Virus record (IMG/VR): IMGVR_UViG_2927661242_000003
Length of the DNA stretch: 64,000 nt
From: an uncultured virus (IMG/VR IMGVR_UViG_2927661242_000003)
Lineage: Duplodnaviria; Heunggongvirae; Uroviricota; Caudoviricetes
Reading direction: 5' to 3' (one strand)
Position 1 is the first letter of the stretch. Each line of letters opens with the position of its first letter. This document shows, one piece after another, positions 19,177 through 28,390 of this stretch. The notes beneath the pieces are model-generated. The model saw only the letters and a list, made by a program, of their open reading frames with translations. It did no database searches and was not told where the DNA came from. Made by a program: the position numbers and the translations under genes.

Positions 19177-19686
19177 TTACAGGCCCAGGGCAGAACGTTG
19201 CGCGGCCAGTTGGTCGACGCCGTTGATCACGCGCTTCATGCCCAGGGCATCGATCTCGTAGATCAAGCGACCATCGACTTCCAGCTTGTAGTAGGTCAGG
19301 GCCACGTTGTGCTTGACCTCGGCCTTGTCGCCGGATTTCCAATCGCCCATGTCGACTTCCTTGAGCAAGCCGCGCAGGGTCACGATCACCGGCGTGACCT
19401 TGCCCTTGAGGCCCTTGAAGGCTCCACGGAACACGCCGTTGAAACCGCTGCCATCGGCCAGGCCGAACATCTTCAGCGACTCGCGGCGCACACCGGTGGT
19501 GGTGAAGCCGGCTTCCTGCTTCTCCATGCCCATGTCCAGCTCGACGGGCACATCCATGCCGCCGACCCGATGTTCCTCGGTCTTGAGGGTCAACTTGGGC
19601 AGGGTCAGGCTCGGCACGTCGCCTTGAAAGCTGATGCCATCGACGAACAGGTTCATGTTCGCCAGGGTTTCGGGAATCATTGCCAT
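19177..19686 (-). CDS. Tail tube protein (P2 FII-like)
   Basis: NLFVDG, LPKL, GGMD and YYKLEVDG motifs. Confidence 0.93.
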   Translation of the reverse strand: MAMIPETLANMNLFVDGISFQGDVPSLTLPKLTLKTEEHRVGGMDVPVELDMGMEKQEAGFTTTGVRRESLKMFGLADGSGFNGVFRGAFKGLKGKVTPVIVTLRGLLKEVDMGDWKSGDKAEVKHNVALTYYKLEVDGRLIYEIDALGMKRVINGVDQLAAQRSALGL

Positions 19687-19698
19687 TGCTGCTGCTCC

Positions 19699-20865
19699 TT
19701 AAGCGGTGTGTTCGAGGACTTCGGTCAGCCACTGGTTGGTGACCTCGACGCGGAAGTTGGGGTTTTCGGCCGGTGGCACGTCGGTGAAGCGGATGTTCCA
19801 GTACACCTTGCCCTGCTCCAGCTGGCTGGCGGTGTTGAGTTCGGTGTCGGCGTAGACCTCGAAGTTGATGATCGCGCCCTGGTTCTTCAGATCACGCATG
19901 AACGCCTGCAGGCCCTCGGTGACGTCCTTGACGTAGGTCGCGGTGATCGAGCGGTCCACTGCCCATTTGTGGCCGTAGAGGATCGCGTCCATGACGATGT
20001 CCATGGTCCGTACCCGGGTGACAAAGGCCCACTTCGGATCGCTGGAGAGCGTGCGGTTGCCCCACAGGCGGAAACCTTCATCACGAATGATGGTGGTGAT
20101 GTTGGCGTTGTTCAGCAGGTTGGCGCGGCAGGTTTCATCGCCGTCCAGGAACTCGATGGCACGCGCAGTGCCGGTGATGCCGACAAACTCCTTGTTCGAC
20201 GGCGAGGCCCAGAAGCCGTACTCGTTGTCGGTCCAGGCAAACAGGCCCGCGACCCAGGCCGAAGCCGGCGCATCGACGGTGGCGCTGGCGCCGTTGTCCC
20301 AGTACTGAATGCCCGGGTCGACCATGTAGGCGCGCTTGGCGCCGAAGTGCTTGGCATACGCCATGGCCGCTTCGTCGGTGCTGTTGGGGCCATCGATGAT
20401 CGCCAGGCCACGCAGCTTGTCGGCCAGGGCCACCAGCGCAGTACCGACCGCCTGGGTCGAGCTGTGCTTGGGGGTCACCAGCAATCGCGGCTGGGCGTTG
20501 AAACGGCTCTTGCCATCCAGCAAGGCTTGCAGGCCGGTACGCTTGCCGTCGGCCAGCACCCCGCCGATGATCGCCGAGGTCTGCTCGGCCGCATCCGCCA
20601 CCTTGGCCACGCCGCAAGCGACGATCACCGCCTTGGCCCGCTGGTAGATGGCCTGGCAGGCCTTGGTGATGGCCGCGTCCGGGCCCCAGGCCGCAATGGC
20701 CTCACGCTCATTGGTGATCAGCAGCAGGTCGTTGGCCTTGGCGCTGAAGTCAGGGCCTTCGGTGAAGGTATCCACCAGGCCGATGATCGAAGACGTGGGC
20801 AGCGAGATGGTGCGTGCGCCGGTGTCGACGTTGGTGACAGTAACGCCGTGGAAAAAACCACTCAT
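19699..20865 (-). CDS. Tail sheath protein (P2 FI-like)
   Basis: FFHGVTV, FWASPSN and GFRLWGNRT motifs. Confidence 0.95.
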   Translation of the reverse strand: MSGFFHGVTVTNVDTGARTISLPTSSIIGLVDTFTEGPDFSAKANDLLLITNEREAIAAWGPDAAITKACQAIYQRAKAVIVACGVAKVADAAEQTSAIIGGVLADGKRTGLQALLDGKSRFNAQPRLLVTPKHSSTQAVGTALVALADKLRGLAIIDGPNSTDEAAMAYAKHFGAKRAYMVDPGIQYWDNGASATVDAPASAWVAGLFAWTDNEYGFWASPSNKEFVGITGTARAIEFLDGDETCRANLLNNANITTIIRDEGFRLWGNRTLSSDPKWAFVTRVRTMDIVMDAILYGHKWAVDRSITATYVKDVTEGLQAFMRDLKNQGAIINFEVYADTELNTASQLEQGKVYWNIRFTDVPPAENPNFRVEVTNQWLTEVLEHTA

Positions 20866-20940
20866 GGATAAACTCCAGACATGAAAAAGCCCCGGGTGAA
20901 GGGGGCTCGTAGGGATGATTGATTAGTGGGAAGCGGGAAA

Positions 20941-20969
20941 GAAAACGCCCCGGCGGTGCGGGGCGTTTA
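20941..20969 (-). terminator. Intrinsic terminator after the fibre chaperone
   Basis: Same stem as 1482-1510. Confidence 0.7.
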
Positions 20970-21419
20970 TCGGGTTTGTTCGGCGATCCAGAATGGAGCT
21001 GCGGGGCGGTGTTCGGTTTGTGGAAAGTGTGGAGATTGGGGCCAGTCGCGTAGGGATTGCATGTACATCAGAAGCTCGTTGAACTGCTGCTCCGAAAGAT
21101 TGGTGGATACCTTCATTTCAAGCTGATCGTAATGGCGATCGCGCAGCCAGGTCACCGTCGTCAACTGCGCGGCACGCCAGAGTCGCTCATCGTCTCCAAG
21201 GCTGGAAGGTTCAACCATTGCGTGGAGTGCTTGAGGCAACTCCAAGGCGACAGCTGGAGCTGGGCGCATACTCTCGATGACTTGGGCCAAGGCCACGGCA
21301 TCGATGTCGGGGGTGGTCAGAATCTCCTGGGGTATGTAGTGGTTCAGCGTCACATCGCCCCAGTCGACAAGCATGGTGCCAGCGGTCGCCGACACAGAGA
21401 GAACTTTAAATCCATTCAC
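20967..21419 (-). CDS. Tail fibre assembly chaperone (P2-like tailocin module)
   Basis: C-terminal YMQSLRDWPQSPHFP motif. Confidence 0.82.
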   Translation of the reverse strand: MNGFKVLSVSATAGTMLVDWGDVTLNHYIPQEILTTPDIDAVALAQVIESMRPAPAVALELPQALHAMVEPSSLGDDERLWRAAQLTTVTWLRDRHYDQLEMKVSTNLSEQQFNELLMYMQSLRDWPQSPHFPQTEHRPAAPFWIAEQTR

Positions 21420-22189
21420 AAGATATTCCCCTTTACTCGATCAGGGCTGTTGCCCGCTTCAAAGATCAAGTTGTTGCCATTTTTCTCAATCGAATAACCG
21501 CCAGCACCAGCGGGATTGGACGAGCCGACACCAGGGCTGCCCGGTGCTCCGCCGGCACCACCATTCCACCCGGCGGTGTACCAGCCGCCAGCGCCGCCAG
21601 CATCCAAAGTGCCGGCCGCTGGATAGCCATAGCCGTAAGTCGAGACTTGATACATCCCTCCACCCACGCCACCAGGACGCCCCGCGCCGCCGCCACCGCC
21701 GGTGTGCAGTACGTTGGGCCAATAGGCATCCCCACCGCCCCCGCCGCCACCGAAAATGTACCCGTTACGGTTGTCCAACGTTGCTGGGTAATCCAGAACA
21801 AAGGCTGTAGCGCCTGGCAAAGGGCGAGGAGGATAAGCCCCCGCGCCGCCCGCACCACGGATGTAGTGTTCATTGATGATTTTCAGTGTGGAGCCTGGGG
21901 GAAATACACCCGTTCTCAGTGAGTATCCAGCGCCACCGCCGTAGATCATCGCGCGATTGATAAAGAGATAATTCCGGGCTCTGGCGGGACTGCCCATGAG
22001 CTCAAAAATGCTCGCACCTGCTCGCTCCACCGTGTTGATAAACACAAACGTTCGCCGCCAGACCGTGCGCCACCCACTTTCGGTTTTGATGAACAGTTCC
22101 GCACCCTCTCGCCAGCCGTCTGCAAGCTTTACATAAGGCATGACACCAGGCCGGTAACCGCCATCCAGTTTTACGTGGAAGTTCATCAT
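21416..22189 (-). CDS. Gly-rich fibre-tip adhesin, T-even gp38-like
   Basis: IRGAGGAG, NGYIFGGGGGGG, GGGGGAGRPGGVGG, AGTLDAGG, GGAGGAPG and AGAGGYSI, matching the gp38 glycine-motif order; ATG overlaps the fibre stop. Confidence 0.75.
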   Translation of the reverse strand: MMNFHVKLDGGYRPGVMPYVKLADGWREGAELFIKTESGWRTVWRRTFVFINTVERAGASIFELMGSPARARNYLFINRAMIYGGGAGYSLRTGVFPPGSTLKIINEHYIRGAGGAGAYPPRPLPGATAFVLDYPATLDNRNGYIFGGGGGGGDAYWPNVLHTGGGGGAGRPGGVGGGMYQVSTYGYGYPAAGTLDAGGAGGWYTAGWNGGAGGAPGSPGVGSSNPAGAGGYSIEKNGNNLIFEAGNSPDRVKGNIL

Positions 22190-23412
22190 GGCTCCTCGTA
22201 TTGCAGCCAAAGCGTACCGACCGCCCCCTCAGTGGGTTTAGGGGCATTTGGAGAGTAGATCAGCCGATTCGCCGGTAAAGCATCAGTGATGCCATATCCT
22301 GCAAGCGTGGTCGCTTTGTCTGCTTTTCGCGTCGGGTCAAAGTTGCCAGCATTCCATAGCAAGTTGCCAAAGACGGTGGCGGTCCTGTCGGCAAGACTCA
22401 AAAGAAGCGGTGTTGACGTTTCACCGCCATAACTTGCAAAAACCCTCACGTTGTTATTTAGAACATCCATGCGAGCGTCACAGGTGGGCGTCACCCAGCC
22501 AAACTCCGGCGAGTCGTTATTGTCACTCGACAGCAATACCGATCCCGTCAACCGTCCACCCGTTGTGGGAAGCAAATTGCTGACTGCGCTCGCCAGGTCA
22601 GTTTTTGTTACCCCGTCTGTAATCCCATATCCACCGAGAGTGGTGGCTTTTACTGCTTTGCCGGCAAGCGCATTCGTCACTGTCGTTGAAAAGCCAGGGT
22701 CATCGCCCACTGCGCCAGCCAGCTTTTTTAGTGTGTCGAGTGCAACAGGCGCCGCCGCTACGATGCTCTCCTTTGAAAGCTGTATGGCTGAACTGGTCTC
22801 TGACTTGGTAAATGCATCAGCAATGCCATAACCGGATAGCGTTGTGGGGTTGGTGCCACTGACAACTATGCCTCGCTTATCGATAGTGACTTGCCGATAA
22901 GCGCCGGCAACCTTATCCGCCGGAAGGGCTGCCACCAGGGAATCATCCACATATTGACGAGTCGCCAGCACCACCGCCGGATCAATCTTCAACACGATCT
23001 GCGCAGTGTTGGCGACGATGAAGTTCATGCGGATGACCTGGGTCTTGCCGGTACCCTGGGCCAGCAGGGGCTTGAAGCTCGGTGCGCAGTTGGCCACCGC
23101 CACCAGGTCGCCGTCGGCATCGAGCAGGCCGATTTCACGGATCCAGCGCCCGCCGACATCAGGCGGAATCACCTGTTCGGTGATGATGATGTTGGGGTTG
23201 GCCGGATCAGTACGCACCTGATTGACCGGGGCACGTCGCCATTCGTTGATCAGCTTGGTCTGGGTTCTGTTCGGGATGGGGTCGGTGCCGTTGGCATCGC
23301 CGATCGCCATTTCCTTGAAGGTCCAGGGCGTGCCCAAGGCCGTGGCGTTGGCCTGTTTCGCCTCGCCCACCGCAGTGAGGATGGCGAAGAACTGACTGTT
23401 GGAATCGATCAT
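22186..23412 (-). CDS. Tail fibre protein (P2 gpH-like N-terminus)
   Basis: DUF3751-type FFAILTAVGEAK...WIREIGL...DPAVVLATRQYVD; TTL.GYGI.D repeats. Confidence 0.92.
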   Translation of the reverse strand: MIDSNSQFFAILTAVGEAKQANATALGTPWTFKEMAIGDANGTDPIPNRTQTKLINEWRRAPVNQVRTDPANPNIIITEQVIPPDVGGRWIREIGLLDADGDLVAVANCAPSFKPLLAQGTGKTQVIRMNFIVANTAQIVLKIDPAVVLATRQYVDDSLVAALPADKVAGAYRQVTIDKRGIVVSGTNPTTLSGYGIADAFTKSETSSAIQLSKESIVAAAPVALDTLKKLAGAVGDDPGFSTTVTNALAGKAVKATTLGGYGITDGVTKTDLASAVSNLLPTTGGRLTGSVLLSSDNNDSPEFGWVTPTCDARMDVLNNNVRVFASYGGETSTPLLLSLADRTATVFGNLLWNAGNFDPTRKADKATTLAGYGITDALPANRLIYSPNAPKPTEGAVGTLWLQYEEP

Positions 23413-24014
23413 GAGTACACATCCAGGGTGTCTGTTTCATCAATGCACATGATCTGGCCGTAACGGCCGATCACTTCAATATCGCGAGGGGTCGGGGGGT
23501 AAACGTCGAGTACTTCACCCTGGTCCACATAAGCGCCGTAACCGATGACACCGGAGGTTTCCAGGCTGATGGCAAGGCCCGTCATGTGCCGGCTCACCGG
23601 CCTGGCGTCATCGATCAGCCGGGTCAGTTCCTGGTACATCTGTTCGGTGATGCCGGTATCCAGCACCCCGACTTTCAGGGCAAAGGTGGCTGGCTCGCCT
23701 TCGGGAGCCATCTGCCACCACTCGACCACTTCAATCAGGTAGCCCAGCGGTTCCACCACACGGCGCAAAGCGCCGATGGTGCCCTTGCGGGCATGGATGA
23801 AGAACGAGGCGCGAATGGCATTGCGCTTGACCGTCTCGCTCCAGCGCGGGTCCCAGCGATCCACCGACCAGGCCCAGGCCAGCTGGGGCAGCAGGTGCAC
23901 CGGGCAGGTCGAGGGGTTGTACAGGGTGCGCAACATGGTGGCGGTGTCGCTGCTGTTGGTCGCCTCCAGGGCGCGTTCCAAGAGTGTGCTGTTGCTTGGC
24001 AGCAGGCTGGTCAT
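23409..24014 (-). CDS. Tail/baseplate protein I (P2 gpI-like)
   Basis: LLPSNST.LE, CP..LLPQLAWAWSVDRWD and KGTIGALRR motifs. Confidence 0.93.
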   Translation of the reverse strand: MTSLLPSNSTLLERALEATNSSDTATMLRTLYNPSTCPVHLLPQLAWAWSVDRWDPRWSETVKRNAIRASFFIHARKGTIGALRRVVEPLGYLIEVVEWWQMAPEGEPATFALKVGVLDTGITEQMYQELTRLIDDARPVSRHMTGLAISLETSGVIGYGAYVDQGEVLDVYPPTPRDIEVIGRYGQIMCIDETDTLDVYS

Positions 24015-24015
24015 A

Positions 24016-24897
24016 TCAGCTCCCCAAGGTAACGCTGTAGCCGGTGCAATACGCGGCCTGGGCCTTGCTCGGGACTATGTCCTGCCAACCCCGCAGTTCA
24101 ACCCGGGCCACGCCGGCCACATGCAGCTGGGCATCTATGGCTGAACGCGCCACCTCGATGCCCAGGCGCCGGCGTGGGTTGACCCAGGCGGCCAGCTTGC
24201 GCTCGGCCTCTGCCAGGGCGGCATCGCTTTCCGGGCCCGGCCCTTTCATGTGCAGCACCGCGTCGATGCGATACGGCAGTATCTGGGCGCTGTTCACCGT
24301 GACCCGATCCCCCAGCGGTCGCACGTCCTCGTCATTGAGGGCCGCGGCGACCGTCGCCAGCAGTTCCGGCGCCGCTGCGCCGTCACCTTCCAGGCTCATC
24401 ACCGTAACCGTGACGCAGGCCGGTGACGGGCTTTCGGCCTCGGCGTCCGCCACCCGGGCCGAGGCATTGCGGGCATGCAGGATGTAGCTGTTGCGTGGCC
24501 CGGCGGTGGTCAGGCCTTCATAGGCCAGTTGGACACGCTCGCGCAGTGCGTCGTCGGCTTCCTTGACCTGCGCCACAGGCGGTACCGCTTGCAGGTCACC
24601 GGCCTGGATCACCAGGCGCTGCAGGTTGACGTTGGCGGCCAACTGATCCAGGTCCGTGCCTTGGGCATGGGCCAGCAGCAGCGCCTTGGCCGCATCGTTG
24701 ACCCGGGCCCGCAACAGCATGTCGCCGTAGGCCGACAGCTCCAGTTGCTTGGTGACCGGATCGCTTTCCAGATTGGCCGTCCAGTTGTCGCCCATATAGC
24801 GGCGAAAGGTCGCCAGCTTGCCCTGATACAGCGCTTCAAAATCCAGGGTTTCCAGCACCTGCGGCGCCGGCAGTGCCGATAAATCCAGCATGCTCAT
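24016..24897 (-). CDS. Baseplate J protein (P2 gpJ-like)
   Basis: LDLSALPAP, ESDP and TAGPRNSY motifs. Confidence 0.93.
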   Translation of the reverse strand: MSMLDLSALPAPQVLETLDFEALYQGKLATFRRYMGDNWTANLESDPVTKQLELSAYGDMLLRARVNDAAKALLLAHAQGTDLDQLAANVNLQRLVIQAGDLQAVPPVAQVKEADDALRERVQLAYEGLTTAGPRNSYILHARNASARVADAEAESPSPACVTVTVMSLEGDGAAAPELLATVAAALNDEDVRPLGDRVTVNSAQILPYRIDAVLHMKGPGPESDAALAEAERKLAAWVNPRRRLGIEVARSAIDAQLHVAGVARVELRGWQDIVPSKAQAAYCTGYSVTLGS

Positions 24898-25220
24898 GCC
24901 GTCACCTCCAAAACCGCGTCATTACCCAGGTAGCGGCCCGTCAGTTGGAAACTGACCTGGCCCTCCACCACCGCTACAACCTTTACCCGCTCCAGCTTCA
25001 AGCGGGGCTCCCAGCGCAACAGCGCCCGGGCGACTTCTGCCTGAACCGCGCTTTTCCAGCCACCGGTCACCGGCAAGTCGACATAACGGCGCAGGTTGCT
25101 GCCGTATTCAGGAAGCATCCGCCGGCTGCCCAAGGGCGTGGTCAGGATGTCCTCGATGGACTGCCGCAAATGCTCGATGCCGGACAGCGGCAAGCCGGTA
25201 CGGCGATCCATTCCGATCAT
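24894..25220 (-). CDS. Baseplate gpW/gp25 family protein
   Basis: GMDRRTG, QSIEDILTTPLGSR and WEPR motifs. Confidence 0.92.
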   Translation of the reverse strand: MIGMDRRTGLPLSGIEHLRQSIEDILTTPLGSRRMLPEYGSNLRRYVDLPVTGGWKSAVQAEVARALLRWEPRLKLERVKVVAVVEGQVSFQLTGRYLGNDAVLEVTA

Positions 25221-25224
25221 CGTG

Positions 25225-25428
25225 TTACTCCTGCAACTGAAAGTCCGGGTGCTGCTCCAGGTAGTCTCGGGCGAGGGTGTCGCTGACCGGTACCGATACC
25301 TCGCCCTGGGCCACCGACAGCGCGCGGCCATCCGCCAGGATCAGAATGCGCGAGGTGTAGAGGGTGTCGCGAAAGACCGCAGCGCCACTGTTGGCCGTGC
25401 GGCCGGCCTTTTTTTTCGGGATTGCCAT
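25225..25428 (-). CDS. Small conserved tail-region protein
   Basis: FRDTLYTSR motif shared with 45722-45937. Confidence 0.7.
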   Translation of the reverse strand: MAIPKKKAGRTANSGAAVFRDTLYTSRILILADGRALSVAQGEVSVPVSDTLARDYLEQHPDFQLQE

Positions 25429-25520
25429 GCTTTTCTCCGGGTACAAAAAATCCGCATTCGGCAGATTGATCGGGTTTATCGGGGTTGTAGGTTGGGTGGC
25501 CGGCGTTGATCGCCAAGGCG

Positions 25521-26111
25521 TCACTGCGGTGGAGCGGTTGCTCCGGGGCCGGGCATCACGGCTGGATGGATGTGGGTCGAGCCGACATTCACCCCGTTGT
25601 GCTTCAAGCTCGCACCGTTGATTTGCACCTCGCCATTCAAGGTGATTGCCCCCGTCAGGGTGATGCTGTCGGCGTTGCCGGTAATGCTGCTGTCCGTCAC
25701 CAAGACCGAACTGGTGCCGACCTGAATCGTCACCGTGCCGCTGGGCAGGGAGATGCTGTAGCTCTTGGCCTGCCAGTCGTAGACCAGCGAGCCGCCATCA
25801 TCGAAGCGCCAGACCTCGACGTGCTCGCGGTTATCCGGCTGGGCACCGGCATCGCCATATAGGCCGGGAACGAAGGTGCCCTGCGCCGGCTCGCCACTGG
25901 GGCTGATCAGTACGCCCTGCTCCCCCAGGCTCGGCGCCCGCCAGTGCCGGGCCTTGCCGGCGGCCTGGCTGTGCCAGCGAACCCAGGCGCTGGTCCAGCC
26001 CGCGCCATCGGATACCCGCAGTCTGCCCGCGGCAAGGTCCACGCCGACCACAGCGCAAGGCAGGATCAGGCCAGAAAGCATTCGGTCGTGAGTTGCGGTG
26101 ACGTAATTCAC
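25521..26111 (-). CDS. Baseplate spike gpV
   Basis: WRAPSLGEQ motif and C-terminal HIH; GTG start overlapping the upstream stop gives 196 aa, as in the prophage copy. Confidence 0.9.
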   Translation of the reverse strand: MNYVTATHDRMLSGLILPCAVVGVDLAAGRLRVSDGAGWTSAWVRWHSQAAGKARHWRAPSLGEQGVLISPSGEPAQGTFVPGLYGDAGAQPDNREHVEVWRFDDGGSLVYDWQAKSYSISLPSGTVTIQVGTSSVLVTDSSITGNADSITLTGAITLNGEVQINGASLKHNGVNVGSTHIHPAVMPGPGATAPPQ

Positions 26112-26629
26112 GACATCTGCTCCGGCGCCTGATAGTGCCCCTCGTGACCGGGGCCGGTGTCGGGGCTGAAACCCAATACCAGTGTTCCCGGGGGTTGATC
26201 GGGCCAGGGCCATTGTTCCTGGCCCAGGTAGATGGACTGCTGCCATTGCACGGTCCACTCGGTTTTCGGCGCCGAATCCACGGCCGTGCCGGCTGGTTTG
26301 GCCCACACCGCCTTCGCACTATCGACAGAATCAAGATTCCAGTACTGGCAACGCAGCAGGTCCATGAGCTGCGCTGCCAGAACAACCGCCTGCAAGGAGG
26401 CTTGCGCAAGGCTCGGGTCAACCCGCACCCGGGCCTCGAAGGTCGCCCGCAGGCAACTACGGCCGTCGCCCGGATCAGCTCCCGGGTCCATGCCGGTGAT
26501 TGCAAAGTAGATCGCTGTCTCGGCGGAGCCATCAACGGTCTCGGGAAATGCCTCGACCTTGTGCAGATGCGGCATGGCCGTCTTGATCGTGGACGTGATG
26601 GCCTCGGGTAGCTGCGTCAGTACGCTCAT
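26108..26629 (-). CDS. Tail completion/terminator protein
   Basis: Homologous to 46568-47080 (FEAR, W.V.W, YLG.E.WPWP.QPPG). Confidence 0.75.
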   Translation of the reverse strand: MSVLTQLPEAITSTIKTAMPHLHKVEAFPETVDGSAETAIYFAITGMDPGADPGDGRSCLRATFEARVRVDPSLAQASLQAVVLAAQLMDLLRCQYWNLDSVDSAKAVWAKPAGTAVDSAPKTEWTVQWQQSIYLGQEQWPWPDQPPGTLVLGFSPDTGPGHEGHYQAPEQMS

Positions 26630-26717
26630 TGTCTGCTTCCAGAATCAGGCCGAAGCGGCCCCGGCGGCGAAAGCCCGGGGCGCACGACCGTGTTGAGGGC
26701 GGTAGCCGCCCGGTGAG

Positions 26718-27068
26718 TCAAGGCTGGTCCGAATGGGAATCCCGGGAAGGCGGTTCGCATACCCCGATGCGCTTGGCCGCCCAGCGCTCATAAAGGCCGA
26801 TGGCGACGTCGGCGCCGGCCATGGCGGTCAGGCAACCGAAGGCGCAGGCGGTCCAGATCGACACGCCGGCGGCATACAGCAGCATGATCGCCGAGACCCC
26901 ACAGACCACGCAGGCCCCGGAGCGCAGCGCCAGGCGCCGCAGCAGCGACCAGCCACGGGCGCCCTCCTTGTCGGCGCGCCACATTTCGCCGGAAACGCCA
27001 CCGACCAGGGCCAGGACGATGACCAGCCAGATCGGCATGTCCAGCAACGCTTGTTGCTCGTTTGTCAT
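26718..27068 (-). CDS. Holin (pyocin R2_PP-type)
   Basis: Three hydrophobic segments, GGVSGEMWRADK motif; first gene after prtR. Confidence 0.9.
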   Translation of the reverse strand: MTNEQQALLDMPIWLVIVLALVGGVSGEMWRADKEGARGWSLLRRLALRSGACVVCGVSAIMLLYAAGVSIWTACAFGCLTAMAGADVAIGLYERWAAKRIGVCEPPSRDSHSDQP

Positions 27069-27180
27069 TCACGTCTCCCGTGCGGATTGAGGCCAGCGAA
27101 ATGGCCGGTTGATAGAAGGCTGATAACGATGTTTCAAAGGGTCCCTGTCTGTTGGTGGCCCACGTTAGGCAGGCATTCCA

Positions 27181-27204
27181 AAAAGCCCGGTCGCCCGGGC
27201 TTTT
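27181..27204 (-). terminator. Intrinsic terminator inside the holin leader
   Basis: AAAAGCCCGG-TCGC-CCGGGCTTTT hairpin with T-run. Confidence 0.7.
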
Positions 27205-27427
27205 CAGTAATGCAAACCTTGGTCTTTCGGCACTACTGGTGCGGTACGGACCCATTCAAATTGTTCCTCCGACCGCGACCCTGTCCGCCGGATAACTGCT
27301 TCTGGTGCTTTACGCTGCACACCCGGGCCAGTTGCCAACCCTCTGAACCGTCGAGGCCGGTTCATCGCTGCCTTTGCTTTGCCACTAAAGAGCGTCTTTG
27401 CAGCCGCTGTTGCGCGGCTTGAGGCTC

Positions 27428-27512
27428 ATATTATGCATTCATGCATATGCAGTCAATGCGTAAATGCATTTATTTATGCACAGGATTTGCTGGAATGCAT
27501 GGAAGGCGCATA
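27428..27512 (-). promoter_or_regulatory. Candidate tailocin promoter overlapped by TGCAT-rich operator cluster
   Basis: TTGACT (27451-27456), 17 bp, TAATAT (27428-27433) on the minus strand; several ATGCAT/TGCA boxes. Confidence 0.6.
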
Positions 27513-27540
27513 AACAAAGGGCTGGGGATTTTTCGCGGGC

Positions 27541-27569
27541 AAAAAAAAGCCCGCTCAAGGGCGGGCTTT
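27541..27569 (-). terminator. Terminator of prtR
   Basis: AAAGCCCGC/GCGGGCTTT stem with an 8-T tail on the minus strand. Confidence 0.8.
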
Positions 27570-27585
27570 GTTCAAGAGGGCTGGC

Positions 27586-28323
27586 TTAGCGAGCGTACAT
27601 GCCCCACCAGAAGACGTGACCGAGGATGCTGATCTGCTCTTCCTGGATCTCCTGGAAGCTGTAGTCCTCATCCGGGTGTTCATCGCGGTTGAAGCTGCGC
27701 AGGCGGATCCCTGTAGGTAGGCGATACAGCTGCTTCACCCGCAATTGGCCGTTGTGGTTGATCGCGTAGAGGTCGCCATCAACGATGTCGCCAATTGCGC
27801 ATTTGCCGGCATTGACGCCCACCGTGGCGCCGTCCCGCAGCACCGGCAACATGCTGTTGCCACGCACCGTGACGCACTTGGCCTGGTCGAACTGCACGCC
27901 GTTGTGCCGCAGGCTGCGCTTGCCGAAGCGCAGGCTGGCGCGCTCGCTTTCCTCGATGACGAATCTTCCTGATCCAGCAGCCAATTCAACCTCACGCAGA
28001 AAAGGAACCGACACCTCGTCGTCATCGACAGGGGTATCGTCGTCCCACAGGCTTATGTCCTTGAGTTCCGAATGAATCTCGTCACGGGGGGCAGCAGCCC
28101 GGGCAGGCGCGATATCCACGCGCCCACGCAACTGGTCGGTGCTCACCTGGAAGTATTCGGCGATCCGCGAGATGTGCTTATCCGAAGGATCGACGATCTT
28201 CCCGCTGAGAATCCGCGAGAGGGTGGATTGAGGCACACCGGTGCGACGGTGAAGCTCCGTGGGGGAGATTCCGTCACGATCCAGCAGCTCTCTTAAGACA
28301 GTAGAAACGTTGCGTATTTGCAT
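27586..28323 (-). CDS. prtR: PrtR-like XRE HTH + S24 autopeptidase regulator
   Basis: HTH with VPQSTLSRIL; VRGNSM catalytic Ser and VKQL Lys; located between mutS and the holin. Confidence 0.9.
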   Translation of the reverse strand: MQIRNVSTVLRELLDRDGISPTELHRRTGVPQSTLSRILSGKIVDPSDKHISRIAEYFQVSTDQLRGRVDIAPARAAAPRDEIHSELKDISLWDDDTPVDDDEVSVPFLREVELAAGSGRFVIEESERASLRFGKRSLRHNGVQFDQAKCVTVRGNSMLPVLRDGATVGVNAGKCAIGDIVDGDLYAINHNGQLRVKQLYRLPTGIRLRSFNRDEHPDEDYSFQEIQEEQISILGHVFWWGMYAR

Positions 28324-28330
28324 AGAACGC

Positions 28331-28390
28331 ATATTGCTTGATCTTTTGCGCAATGACAAATGCTGATTTGCATATATGTAATGCATTTAC
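28331..28390 (-). promoter_or_regulatory. Candidate prtR promoter and second TGCAT cluster
   Basis: TTGTCA (28354-28359), 17 bp, CAATAT (28331-28336), 7 nt before the ATG. Confidence 0.5.

Larger units (their letters stand above)
270..28323 (-). other. R-type tailocin (phage tail-like bacteriocin) locus with two contractile tail modules (P2-like and Mu-like)
   Basis: prtR-holin-tail-tail-endolysin-spanin order; two sheath/tube/TMP/baseplate/fibre sets; no head, terminase or replication genes; adjacent to the mutS start, as is typical of fluorescens-group tailocins. Confidence 0.93.

Noticed and set aside
18757..20871. Long + strand ORFs (704 aa here; also 189-1481, 5407-6843, 10496-11977, 15370-17124, 48188-49423)
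   Set aside because: Antisense shadows of well-supported GC-rich minus-strand genes; no recognisable motifs
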